The position numbers and the translations under genes are program-made. DNA of 64,000 bases from the NCBI GenBank assembly GCA_022841885.1, contig JALHQP010000005.1, positions 41,178 to 105,177 on the forward strand, written 5' to 3'. The notes under the pieces were generated by a model, which worked only from the letters and a program-made list of their open reading frames with translations, searched no databases and was not told where the DNA came from. Below, piece after piece: positions 16,617-26,027 of this stretch. Every line of letters starts with the position of its first letter. Positions within the stretch are counted from its first letter, which is position 1. Source of the stretch: Aquincola sp. Lineage in GTDB: Bacteria; Pseudomonadota; Gammaproteobacteria; Burkholderiales; Burkholderiaceae_C.

Positions 16617-18683
16617 ATGAGCGCGCTGGCCGATTCCCCCCCTGTCGTTCGTACCGTGCATGGCGCCTGCCCGCACGACTGCCCGGACACCTGCGCGATG
16701 CGCATCACCGTCGCCGACGGCAAGGTGGTGCGCATCCAGGGCGACCCCGACCACGGCTCGACGCAGGGCGCCCTGTGCACCAAAGTCAGCCGCTATGCCG
16801 AGCGCTCGTACCACGCCGAACGCGTGCTGCATCCGCTGAAACGCAGCGGCCCCAAAGGCTCGGGGCAGTTCGTTCGTGTGGGCTGGGACGAGGCGCTGGC
16901 CGACATCGCGGCGCGCCTGTCGGCCATTGCCGCACGCGACCCACAGGCCATCGTGCCCTACAGCTATGCCGGCACGATGGGCCTGGTGCAGGGCGAGGCG
17001 ATGGCGCAGCGCTTCTTCCACAAGCTCGGTGCGTCGCTGCTCGACCGCACGATCTGCTCGATGGCCGGCGGCGAGGCGCTCGCCGCCACCTACGGCAGCA
17101 AGGTCGGCATGCATGTGCGCTTCTTCGCCGAGAGCCAGCTGATCGTGATCTGGGGCAGCAATTCGATCGCCAGCAACCTGCACTTCTGGACCCTGGCGCA
17201 GGAGGCCAAGCGGCGCGGCGCCAAGCTGGTGGCGATCGACCCGCGGCGCACCGAGACGGCCGAGAAGTGCCACCAGCACATCGCGCTGCGGCCGGGCACC
17301 GACGGCGCGCTCGCGCTCGGCGTGATGCACGAGCTGATCGAGCGCGGCTGGATCGACCGCGACTACATCGAGCGCCATGTGGCCGGCTTCGACCGTCTCG
17401 CGCGGCGCATCGCCGAGTGGGCGCCCGAGCGCGCGGCCGCCACCTGCGGCATCACGGCCGACGAGGTGCGCGGCCTGGCGCGCGACCTGGGCACCACGCA
17501 GCCGGCCGCGATCCGCCTGAACTACGGCATGCAGCGCGTGCGCGGCGGCGGCAACGCGGCGCGCCTGATCGCGCTGTTGCCTTGCCTGACGGGGGCCTGG
17601 CGCCATCGCGCCGGCGGCCTGCTCCTGTCGAGCTCGGGCTGGTTCGCGCAGTTCAAGAACCCGCAGCTCGTGCGCAGCGATCTGCTCGCCGGCCGCCGCC
17701 CGCGCACGATCAACATGAGCACGATCGGCGACGACCTGCTGCGCGAAAGTTCGGCCGCGTTCGGCCCGAAGATCGAGGCGCTGGTCGTCTACAACAGCAA
17801 CCCGGTCGCGGTGGCGCCGGAGTCGAAGAAGGTCGTCGCCGGCTTCGCGCGCGAAGACCTGTTCACGGTCGTGCTCGAGCACTTCCTCACCGACACTGCC
17901 GACCACGCCGACTACGTGTTGCCGGCCACCACCCAGCTCGAGCATCTGGACGTGCATGGCACCTACGGCCACACCGACATCATGTTCAACGAGCCGGCGA
18001 TCGTGCCGCTCGGTGAATCCAGGCCCAACACGCAGGTCTTCCGCGATCTGGCCGTGCGCATGGGCTTCACCGAAACCTGCTTCGCCGACGACGACGAGGA
18101 ACTCGCGCGCCAGGCCTTCGACTGGGACGCGATCGGCACCTCGTTCGAGGCCTTGCGCGAGCGCGGCTGGGCGGCCCTGCCGCTGCCCGAGGCGCCGTTT
18201 GCGAACGGCGGCTTCCCGACCTCGGACGGGCGCGTGCGGGTGGACGTCTGCGGCCTGGGCGTGCCCGAGCACCTGCCGAACCACGAGTGCGCCGAGACCA
18301 CGCCCGAACTCGCGGCGCGCTACCCGCTGCAGATGATCTCGCCGCCGGCGCGACACTTCCTGAACTCGACCTTCGTCAACGTCAAGAGCCTGCGCACGGT
18401 GGAAGGTGAGCCGCTGCTCGAGATCCACGCCGACGACGCGCGCGCCCGCGGCATCGCCAGCGGCGCGATGGTGCGTGTCTTCAACGATCGTGGCGAGTAC
18501 CGCTGCAAGGCCGAGGTCAGCGAACGCGCGCGGCCGGGCGTGGTCAACGGCCTGGGCGTGTGGTGGCGCAAGTTCGGCCCCGCGGGCACCAACGTCAACG
18601 AGGTCACGAGCCAGGCGCTCACCGACATCGGGCGCGCACCGACCTTCTACGACTGTCTGGTCCAGGTCGAACCCTTGCAGTGA
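16617..18683 (+). CDS. Molybdopterin-dependent oxidoreductase (DMSO reductase superfamily, cytoplasmic)
   Basis: Start at MSALADSPPVVRTVHGACPHDCPDTC, which carries the N-terminal 4Fe-4S motif C-x2-C-x3-C. 688 aa, no Tat signal. C-terminal barrel region (LEIHADDARARGIASGAMVRVFNDRGEY). Confidence 0.85.
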   Translation: MSALADSPPVVRTVHGACPHDCPDTCAMRITVADGKVVRIQGDPDHGSTQGALCTKVSRYAERSYHAERVLHPLKRSGPKGSGQFVRVGWDEALADIAARLSAIAARDPQAIVPYSYAGTMGLVQGEAMAQRFFHKLGASLLDRTICSMAGGEALAATYGSKVGMHVRFFAESQLIVIWGSNSIASNLHFWTLAQEAKRRGAKLVAIDPRRTETAEKCHQHIALRPGTDGALALGVMHELIERGWIDRDYIERHVAGFDRLARRIAEWAPERAAATCGITADEVRGLARDLGTTQPAAIRLNYGMQRVRGGGNAARLIALLPCLTGAWRHRAGGLLLSSSGWFAQFKNPQLVRSDLLAGRRPRTINMSTIGDDLLRESSAAFGPKIEALVVYNSNPVAVAPESKKVVAGFAREDLFTVVLEHFLTDTADHADYVLPATTQLEHLDVHGTYGHTDIMFNEPAIVPLGESRPNTQVFRDLAVRMGFTETCFADDDEELARQAFDWDAIGTSFEALRERGWAALPLPEAPFANGGFPTSDGRVRVDVCGLGVPEHLPNHECAETTPELAARYPLQMISPPARHFLNSTFVNVKSLRTVEGEPLLEIHADDARARGIASGAMVRVFNDRGEYRCKAEVSERARPGVVNGLGVWWRKFGPAGTNVNEVTSQALTDIGRAPTFYDCLVQVEPLQ

Positions 18684-19768
18684 AACGCTGGGTGCGTGTG
18701 GCGGCCATCGGCATCTCAGGCATCGCCGCATTGATCGGCGCGGCCTGCCTGACGGTGGGCTGCTCGACGCTCGGCTACTACGCGCAGTCGGTCGGCGGCC
18801 ATCTCGACCTCGTCGCTCGTGCCAAGCCGATCGACGAGCTCGCCGCCGACCCCGCCGCACCGGCCGCACTGCGCGAGCGGCTCGCGCTGGCCGCACGCAT
18901 CCGCGACTTCGCGGTGTCGGACCTCGGCCTGCCCGACAACCGCAGCTACCGCCGCTACAGCGATCTCGGCCGCCCGGCCGCGGTGTGGAACGTGGTGGCC
19001 GCGCCCGAGCTGTCGCTCAAGCTCGAGACCTGGTGCTTCCCGGTTGTCGGTTGCGTGGGCTACCGTGGCTACTACGAGCGCGCGGCGGCGGATGCCCAAG
19101 GCGAGCAGCTGCGCGCACGCGGCCTGGAGGTCAATGTGTACGGCGTGCCGGCGTATTCGACGCTCGGCAAGCTCGACTGGCTCGGCGGCGACCCGTTGCT
19201 CAACACCTTCATCGGCTGGCCCGAGGGCGAACTGGCGCGCCTGGTGTTCCACGAACTCGCGCACCAGGTCGTGTTCGCGAAGGACGACACCGTGTTCAAC
19301 GAGTCCTTCGCCACCGCGGTCGAGCGCATCGGCGTGCAGCGCTGGCTGGCGCAGCGGGCCGGCGACGAGGCACGGCGCCAGTATGCGCAACTCGACGCCC
19401 GGCGCAACGCCTTCCGCGCGCTCACCGGCCGCTACCGCGACAAGCTGCAGACGCTGTACGCGAGCCGGGCCGGCGACGCCGACAAGCGCCGCGACAAGGC
19501 CGCGCTGATGGCCGCGCTGCGTGCCGACTACGCGGCGCTCAAGGCCGACCCCGGCAGCCCGCTCGCCGGCTTCACGGGCTACGACGGCTGGTTCGAGCGC
19601 GCCAACAACGCGAGCTTCGGCGTGATGGCGGCCTACAACGAGTTCGTGCCTGGTTTCGAGCGCCTGTTCGAACGCGAAGGGCGCGACTTCTCGCGCTTCT
19701 ACGCCGCGGTCGAGCGTTTGTCCGCCTTGCCCAAGGCCGAGCGCCACGCGACACTTGCCGCACCCTGA
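18680..19768 (+). CDS. Putative zinc aminopeptidase lipoprotein (DUF2265-type)
   Basis: GTG at 18680 overlaps the oxidoreductase stop (GTGA). Signal and lipobox-like AACLTVGCS. HExxH motif HELAHQ. Confidence 0.7.
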   Translation: MKRWVRVAAIGISGIAALIGAACLTVGCSTLGYYAQSVGGHLDLVARAKPIDELAADPAAPAALRERLALAARIRDFAVSDLGLPDNRSYRRYSDLGRPAAVWNVVAAPELSLKLETWCFPVVGCVGYRGYYERAAADAQGEQLRARGLEVNVYGVPAYSTLGKLDWLGGDPLLNTFIGWPEGELARLVFHELAHQVVFAKDDTVFNESFATAVERIGVQRWLAQRAGDEARRQYAQLDARRNAFRALTGRYRDKLQTLYASRAGDADKRRDKAALMAALRADYAALKADPGSPLAGFTGYDGWFERANNASFGVMAAYNEFVPGFERLFEREGRDFSRFYAAVERLSALPKAERHATLAAP

Positions 19769-19780
19769 GGAGCCTGACCC

Positions 19781-20122
19781 ATGCCCGACATCAAGATCCA
19801 CCGCGAGCACGCACTCGGCCTGGCCAAGGCGCGCAAGGTCGCCTGGCAGTGGGCCGAGGAGGTCGAGAAGAAGTTCGACATGGAATGCACCGTGATCGAG
19901 GGCGAGTTCAGCGACACGGTGCAGTTCACGCGCACGGGCGTCAATGGCCAGCTGGTGGTCGCGGCAGACCACTTCGACCTCGACGCCAAGCTCGGCTTCC
20001 TGCTCGGCGCGTTCAGCAAGACGATCGAGGGCGAGATCCAGAAGAACCTCGACGCGCTGCTGGCCAAGAACAGCAAGCCCGCCGCGAAGGCCACCCCGAA
20101 GAAGGCGGCCTCGAAGAAGTAG
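19781..20122 (+). CDS. Polyhydroxyalkanoic acid system family protein (PHA_gran_rgn-like)
   Basis: GAGGAG upstream. 113 aa starting MPDIKIHREHALGLAKARKVAWQWAEEVEKKFDM, which resembles the small PHA-system protein family. Lys-rich tail. Confidence 0.6.
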   Translation: MPDIKIHREHALGLAKARKVAWQWAEEVEKKFDMECTVIEGEFSDTVQFTRTGVNGQLVVAADHFDLDAKLGFLLGAFSKTIEGEIQKNLDALLAKNSKPAAKATPKKAASKK

Positions 20123-20128
20123 CTCGCG

Positions 20129-20383
20129 CTACTTCAGCGATTCGATCAGGTCCACGTACTCCTGCATCGCGGCGGCGCTGTCCTTGCCCTTGACCTCGTT
20201 CCACGCATCCCACTTGGCGCGGCCCACCATGTCGGTGAAGCCCGGGCGCTTGCCGTCGACGTCGCCCACGGTCGCCTGCTTGTACAGCGCGTAGATCTGT
20301 AGCAGCGTGGCGTTGTCGGGCTTCTCCGGCAGGCTCTTGCTCGCGGCAACGGCTTTCTCGAACGTGGCTTTCAGGTCGGCCAT
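20129..20383 (-). CDS. Acyl-CoA-binding protein
   Basis: Start at MADLKATFEKAV, with GAGGAG upstream. ACBP signature PDNATLLQIYALYKQATVGD and GRAKWDAW. 84 aa. Confidence 0.85.
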   Translation of the reverse strand: MADLKATFEKAVAASKSLPEKPDNATLLQIYALYKQATVGDVDGKRPGFTDMVGRAKWDAWNEVKGKDSAAAMQEYVDLIESLK

Positions 20384-20466
20384 GGGCGGCTCCTCTTGGG
20401 GTTTGATGGCATGGACGCGGGCAATCTTAGCGGGCAACGTGGCCGCGCACGAGCAGGAGACCAGAC

Positions 20467-21894
20467 ATGAGCGCCGCCCCCGCACCCGCCGAGCGCATGT
20501 CGCGCGTCGACCATGCGTGGCTGCGCATGGACACCGACGCGAATCCGATGATGATCGTCGGCGTGTGGCTGCTCGCACCCAGGCTCACGCAGCCCGAGCT
20601 GGCCGCGCGCGTGCAGGGCTCGCTGCTGGCCTACCCGCGCTTCCGCCAGAAGGTGGTCGAGGACCCGATGGGGGCGTTGTGGGTCGAGGACGCCCGCTTC
20701 GACCTCGGCCACCATGTCACGCGCGACACGCTGCGCCCGAAGCCGGGTGAGGCAGCGCTGGAGGCGTTGAAGCGCCGTGTCGCCGAGCTGTGCGCGCAAC
20801 CGCTGGACCCGTCGCGCCCGCTCTGGCAGTTCCACTTGATCGAGGACCTGGACGGTACGCAGAGCGCGCTCGTTTCGCGCATCCACCACTGCATCGGCGA
20901 CGGCATCGCGCTGATCTCGGTGATGCTGTCGATCGCCGACGGCGGCAAGCCGCCACCGCAGCGCCGCCCGCGCGAGGCCGCCGGGGAAGACGAACACGAC
21001 TGGATCGCCGACACCCTGATCAAGCCCTTCACCGAGCTGACGATCAAGGCCATCGGCTTCACCGGCCAGGGCATGGGCAAGGGCCTGGAGATGCTGGCCG
21101 AACCCAGCGGCAGCCTCGACGTGGCGCGCCTGGGCCTGCAGGTGGCCAGCGACGTGGCGGCGCTGGCGCTGATGCCCGACGACTCGCCGACGCGCCTGAA
21201 GGGCCAGGCCACGCCCGGCAAGCGCGTGGCCTGGAGCGAGCCGATGCCGCTGGACGAGGTGAAGGCGGTGGGCCGCGCGTTCGGCGTCTCGATCAACGAT
21301 GTGCTGCTGGCCTGCGTGGCCGGCGCCATCGGCGACTACCTGCGCGACAAGGGCGACGACCCGAACGGCCAGGAGATCCGCGCGATGGTGCCGGTGAACC
21401 TGCGACCGCTGTCGGAGGCCTGGAAGCTCGGCAACCGCTTCGGCCTCGCACCGCTGGTGCTGCCGATCGGCATTGCGCACCCGGCCGAGCGCCTGTACGC
21501 GGTGCATGCGCGCATGAACCAGCTGAAGACGAGCTACCAGCCGCTGCTCGCCTTTGCGGTGCTCGCGGTGTCCGGGATGATGATCAAGCCGGTGCAGTCG
21601 GCGATCACCGGCCTGTTCGCGAAGAAGGCCACCGCGGTGATGACCAATGTGCCGGGGCCGAAGGAGCCGATCCGCTTCTGCGGCCGCACCGTGAACCAGG
21701 TGATGTTCTGGGTGCCGCAGTCGGGCGACATCGGCATGGGCGTGTCGATCCTGTCCTACGCCGGCGGCGTGCAGTTCGGCCTCATCACCGACGCACGCAT
21801 GTGCCCCGACCCGGAGGCCATCGTCGCCGGCTTCCGGCCCGAGTTCGACAAGCTGATGTGGCTGGCGCTGATGGGGCCATGGCCGGCGATCTAG
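20467..21894 (+). CDS. Wax ester synthase / acyl-CoA:diacylglycerol acyltransferase (WS/DGAT)
   Basis: 475 aa. Catalytic HHxxxDG motif RIHHCIGDGIAL at nt 20881-20907. N-terminal SRVDHAWLRMD is typical of the family. Confidence 0.85.
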   Translation: MSAAPAPAERMSRVDHAWLRMDTDANPMMIVGVWLLAPRLTQPELAARVQGSLLAYPRFRQKVVEDPMGALWVEDARFDLGHHVTRDTLRPKPGEAALEALKRRVAELCAQPLDPSRPLWQFHLIEDLDGTQSALVSRIHHCIGDGIALISVMLSIADGGKPPPQRRPREAAGEDEHDWIADTLIKPFTELTIKAIGFTGQGMGKGLEMLAEPSGSLDVARLGLQVASDVAALALMPDDSPTRLKGQATPGKRVAWSEPMPLDEVKAVGRAFGVSINDVLLACVAGAIGDYLRDKGDDPNGQEIRAMVPVNLRPLSEAWKLGNRFGLAPLVLPIGIAHPAERLYAVHARMNQLKTSYQPLLAFAVLAVSGMMIKPVQSAITGLFAKKATAVMTNVPGPKEPIRFCGRTVNQVMFWVPQSGDIGMGVSILSYAGGVQFGLITDARMCPDPEAIVAGFRPEFDKLMWLALMGPWPAI

Positions 21895-21908
21895 GCCGCG
21901 GCCGATCG

Positions 21909-22430
21909 CTAGTGGTTGCCGGCCTTCCAGCGCTCGTCGAACTCGCGCTTGCTGCGGATGAAGTGGTTGGCGCACTCGATCAGTTGATCGGTCGTCGGGT
22001 TGCCGTCGCAACTGGCGGGTCGCTTGTAGTACGCCGCCCACGCGCGCTCCTTGCGGCGTTGCTCGTCGGCATTGGGTTGTCGTGCGGGCGGGGACGCCGC
22101 TGGGATCACGGCCTGGCTCGGTTCGACGGCCGTGGAGGCGGCCGCGGCCGGCGGTGGCTCCGATGGCCCCGCTGCTGGGGGCGCCGTCTCGATCAGCGTC
22201 GGCGGCGCCTTGGCGAGCGGCGGCGCCTCGACGTGCGTTGCCGGCCGCGTCGACGCCAACGTCTGGATTGCATCGCGCGGCGACAGGCGTTCGAGCGCGA
22301 AGAACACCAGCGTGGCGCCGGCCGCGCCGATCGCGATGCCAAGAAGCAGCGCCCAGCCCCAGGCAGCGTCGCGCCGGCCCGGCGTCGGCGCCGCGGCTTC
22401 GCTGGTCCAGTCGCTGTCGCTGAAGCTCAT
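21909..22430 (-). CDS. Hypothetical single-pass membrane protein
   Basis: G/C-rich third positions. TM WGWALLLGIAIGAAGATLVFFAL, Pro/Ala-rich linker, conserved-looking C-terminus with two Cys (CDGNPTTDQLIECANHF). 16 nt downstream of the preceding gene. Confidence 0.55.
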   Translation of the reverse strand: MSFSDSDWTSEAAAPTPGRRDAAWGWALLLGIAIGAAGATLVFFALERLSPRDAIQTLASTRPATHVEAPPLAKAPPTLIETAPPAAGPSEPPPAAAASTAVEPSQAVIPAASPPARQPNADEQRRKERAWAAYYKRPASCDGNPTTDQLIECANHFIRSKREFDERWKAGNH

Positions 22431-22446
22431 CGCCGAGGCCCGTCTG

Positions 22447-23214
22447 TCAGTCCTCGAGTTCGGCCTTGGCCATCTCGACGTCCAGCGTCTCCATCGCGTC
22501 GGCCGGGGTGCAGGCGGCCGCGTCGGCGTACAGCTTCTCGGCCTCCTTCATCTTCTTGTCGCCGTCGAGCATCACCAGGCCGTTGGCGTACTCCACCATC
22601 GCGATCGCGCTCGCCGGGTTGAGCTTGAGTGCCTGCTGGAACATCTTCACGCCCGTGGCCTTGTCGGCGCCCTGGGTCCGGCCCAGCAGCGAGCCCACCT
22701 TGTCGATCACCTCGGCGTGGAAGGTGCCGAGCGCGACATGCGCGTCGGCATGCTTGGGCGCGAGCTTGATCGTGGTCTCGAGCGCACCCTTGACCTTGGC
22801 GCCCAGCCCCTGCGCCAGCGCCTTGGCCACGCTGATGCCCTGGCTGTAGCGGCCGAGTGCATAGGCCTGCCAGTAGTACGCATTGGCGTTCTTCGGCTCC
22901 TCGGCCTGCTGCGCCTGGGCACGTTCGGCGATCTCCTGGAACATCGCGAGCTTGGCCTTCTCGCTCTTCTCGAGGTAGTTGGCGTAGATGGCCTGCGCCT
23001 TGTTGGCCACCGTGATGCCGGCGCCGCCGGCTTTCAGTCCGGCGTCGTGCGCTTTCTGGAACTCGCCGTTGTGAAACAGCACCCAGGCCTCGAGCACCTT
23101 GGCGTCCTTGGGCAGCGGCTCGGCGTCGCCGGCGTGCAGGCGTGCCCACTGCTTCTTGACCGCTGCGGCATCGAGCGCCGGCGCGTCATAGGGGAAGGCG
23201 GTCCACTTGGCCAT
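22447..23214 (-). CDS. Hypothetical helical-repeat (TPR-like) protein
   Basis: 255 aa with coding-like codon usage. Helical repeats (AYYWQAYALGRYSQ, AHVALGTFHAEV, MFQQALKLNPASA). Lies between the TetR gene and the membrane protein gene on the same strand. Confidence 0.6.
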   Translation of the reverse strand: MAKWTAFPYDAPALDAAAVKKQWARLHAGDAEPLPKDAKVLEAWVLFHNGEFQKAHDAGLKAGGAGITVANKAQAIYANYLEKSEKAKLAMFQEIAERAQAQQAEEPKNANAYYWQAYALGRYSQGISVAKALAQGLGAKVKGALETTIKLAPKHADAHVALGTFHAEVIDKVGSLLGRTQGADKATGVKMFQQALKLNPASAIAMVEYANGLVMLDGDKKMKEAEKLYADAAACTPADAMETLDVEMAKAELED

Positions 23215-23236
23215 TCAGTGCTCCTCGTCGTGTTGT

Positions 23237-23902
23237 TCAGTGGCGGTACGGTGCGACCAGCTGGTGCAGGTGCTCGCGCGCGGCCGGCTCGATGTAGGGC
23301 ATCAGCAGGCTCAGCACATGGTAGGCGCCACGCGCCAGGGCGGGGCCCGAGGTTTCGGGTTCGAGCGCGCGCCGCGGATCGCGCACGTACTCGTAGCTGA
23401 GCCAATAGGTCAGCACGACCACCATCGCGGTGGCCACCGGTTCGGCCTCACGGGCGTCGATCCGAACCGCCGCGCCGCGCGACAGGCCGCCCAGCACCGA
23501 CTGCACCGCGCGCCCCTTGGCCCTCAGGATGTGCTGGAACTGCGTCTCCAGGCGCCGGTTCTTGCTCAGCAGGTCGTTGAGGTCGCGGTACAGGAAGCGG
23601 TACTGCCACAGGGTCTCGAACAGCATGTGGAAGAACAGCCACGCGTCCTCGACGTTGCGCACGTTGTCGGCCGCGAGCAGGATCTCGGCCAGCGCCTTCT
23701 CGTAGCGCCCGAACAGGCCGTTGATCAACTCATCCTTGGCCGGGTAGTGGTAGTACAGGTTTCCGGGGCTGATCTTCAGCTCGGCCGAGATCACGGTGGT
23801 GCTGACGTTGGGCTCGCCGAAGCGGTTGAACAGGTCGAGCGTGACGTCGAGGATGCGCTCGGCGGTACGGCGGGGCTTCTTCTTGGGCTCGGCAGCGGCC
23901 AT
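23237..23902 (-). CDS. TetR/AcrR family transcriptional regulator
   Basis: N-terminal HTH RTAERILDVTLDLFNRFGEPNVSTTVISAELKISPGNLYYHYPAKDELI. 221 aa. Divergent from the ABC-2 exporter. Confidence 0.85.
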   Translation of the reverse strand: MAAAEPKKKPRRTAERILDVTLDLFNRFGEPNVSTTVISAELKISPGNLYYHYPAKDELINGLFGRYEKALAEILLAADNVRNVEDAWLFFHMLFETLWQYRFLYRDLNDLLSKNRRLETQFQHILRAKGRAVQSVLGGLSRGAAVRIDAREAEPVATAMVVVLTYWLSYEYVRDPRRALEPETSGPALARGAYHVLSLLMPYIEPAAREHLHQLVAPYRH

Positions 23903-23907
23903 GAGGG

Positions 23908-23930
23908 GATTCTTGCACCAACCTAGAATC
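23908..23930. promoter_or_regulatory. Inverted repeat GATTCT-N11-AGAATC overlapping a TAGAAT -10-like box
   Basis: Read in the 35-nt spacer between the TetR gene and the ABC ATPase gene. TAGAAT at 23924-23929 ends 8 nt before the ATG at 23938. Confidence 0.35.
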
Positions 23931-23937
23931 TGTCGCC

Positions 23938-24855
<918 letters not shown>

Positions 24856-24885
24856 TGGTTCGTCTGCGGGCGACGGCCGGGCCGC

Positions 24886-25230
24886 GCCGGCGGCACCCGC
24901 GTTCTCCGGCCTGCCTCGCGGGCGGGCACCGCGGTGCGCTGGCTTGGCCCTCGTCAACACCGACGTCTTCTTGCGTGCGTCGAGGCGACCGCGAATGCTG
25001 GCCTGCGCCCGCGGGCACCACCGTCACGCTGCGAGCCACATCGCTGGCATGCCACCCGTCGAACACCGGTCTGCGGCCCTGGGTTGGCGGTGCGGGCATG
25101 CGGGCGCAGGCCAGCATTCGCGGTCGCCAAGGCGCTGGAGGGCTTGCAAGGTGTTGATGCTGCGGAGATCGCACGAGGCAACGCTCGCCCGCGAGGCAGG
25201 CCGGAGAACGCATGCCCGCATCGCCGACCC
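24886..25230. repeat. Long nested-palindrome intergenic element (MITE/REP-like), family 1, copy 1
   Basis: Outer inverted repeat GCGTTCTCCGGCCTGCCTCGCGGGCG at 24899-24924, with its complement at 25186-25211. Inner inverted repeat GGCGACCGCGAATGCTGGCCTGCGCCCGC at 24984-25013, with its complement at 25100-25128. Central GGCATGCC near 25048. No coding potential beyond GC artefact ORFs. Confidence 0.75.
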
Positions 25231-25260
25231 TTGCACCCATCTGCGCACGCCCATCAACAA

Positions 25261-26022
25261 GTGAACCTCGAAGGCGCTCGCACCCTTTTCTACAAGGAGA
25301 TCCTGCGTTTCTGGAAGGTGAGCTTCCAGACCGTGGCAGCCCCTGTGCTGACCGCCGTGCTCTACCTGCTGATCTTCGGCCACGTGCTTGAGGACCATGT
25401 GCAGGTGTTCCCCGGCGTCGTCTACACCAGCTTCCTGATTCCGGGCCTGGTGATGATGAGCGTGCTGCAGAACGCGTTTGCCAACAGCAGCAGCTCGCTG
25501 ATCCAGAGCAAGATCACCGGCAACCTGGTGTTCCTGCTGGTCACGCCGCTGTCGCACTGGGCCTGGTTCGCGGCCTATGTCGGCGCCAGCGTGGTGCGCG
25601 GGCTGGCGGTGGGCACGGGCGTGTTCCTCGTCACCGTGTGGTTCGCGCCGCCGCACTTCGTCGAGCCGTGGTGGATCCTGATCTTCGCCGCACTCGGGGC
25701 TGGCATGCTCGGTGCGCTGGGCCTGATCGCCGGGCTGTGGGCGGAGAAGTTCGACCAGATGGCGGCGTTCCAGAACTTCATCATCATGCCGATGACCTTC
25801 CTGTCCGGCGTGTTCTATTCGGTGCACTCGCTGCCGCCGTTCTGGCAGGGCCTGTCGCACCTGAACCCCTTCTTCTACATGATCGACGGCTTCCGGCGCG
25901 GCTTCTTCGGCGCCAGCGACGTGTCGCCGTGGATCTCGCTCGCGGTGGTCGGCACCAGCTTCATCGTCGTCTCCGCCATCGCGCTGCGGCTGCTCGCGAA
26001 CGGCTACAAGATCCGCAGCTGA
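25261..26022 (+). CDS. ABC-2 type exporter permease (YadH-like)
   Basis: GTG at 25261, in frame with ORF 24934..26022. From this point the translation aligns with remembered E. coli YadH (KEILRFWKV..., FLIPGLVMMSVLQNAFANSSSS, LPPFWQGLSHLNPFFYMIDGFR). Upstream in-frame codons lie in the repeat element. Confidence 0.85.
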   Translation: MNLEGARTLFYKEILRFWKVSFQTVAAPVLTAVLYLLIFGHVLEDHVQVFPGVVYTSFLIPGLVMMSVLQNAFANSSSSLIQSKITGNLVFLLVTPLSHWAWFAAYVGASVVRGLAVGTGVFLVTVWFAPPHFVEPWWILIFAALGAGMLGALGLIAGLWAEKFDQMAAFQNFIIMPMTFLSGVFYSVHSLPPFWQGLSHLNPFFYMIDGFRRGFFGASDVSPWISLAVVGTSFIVVSAIALRLLANGYKIRS

Positions 26023-26027
26023 GCGAG

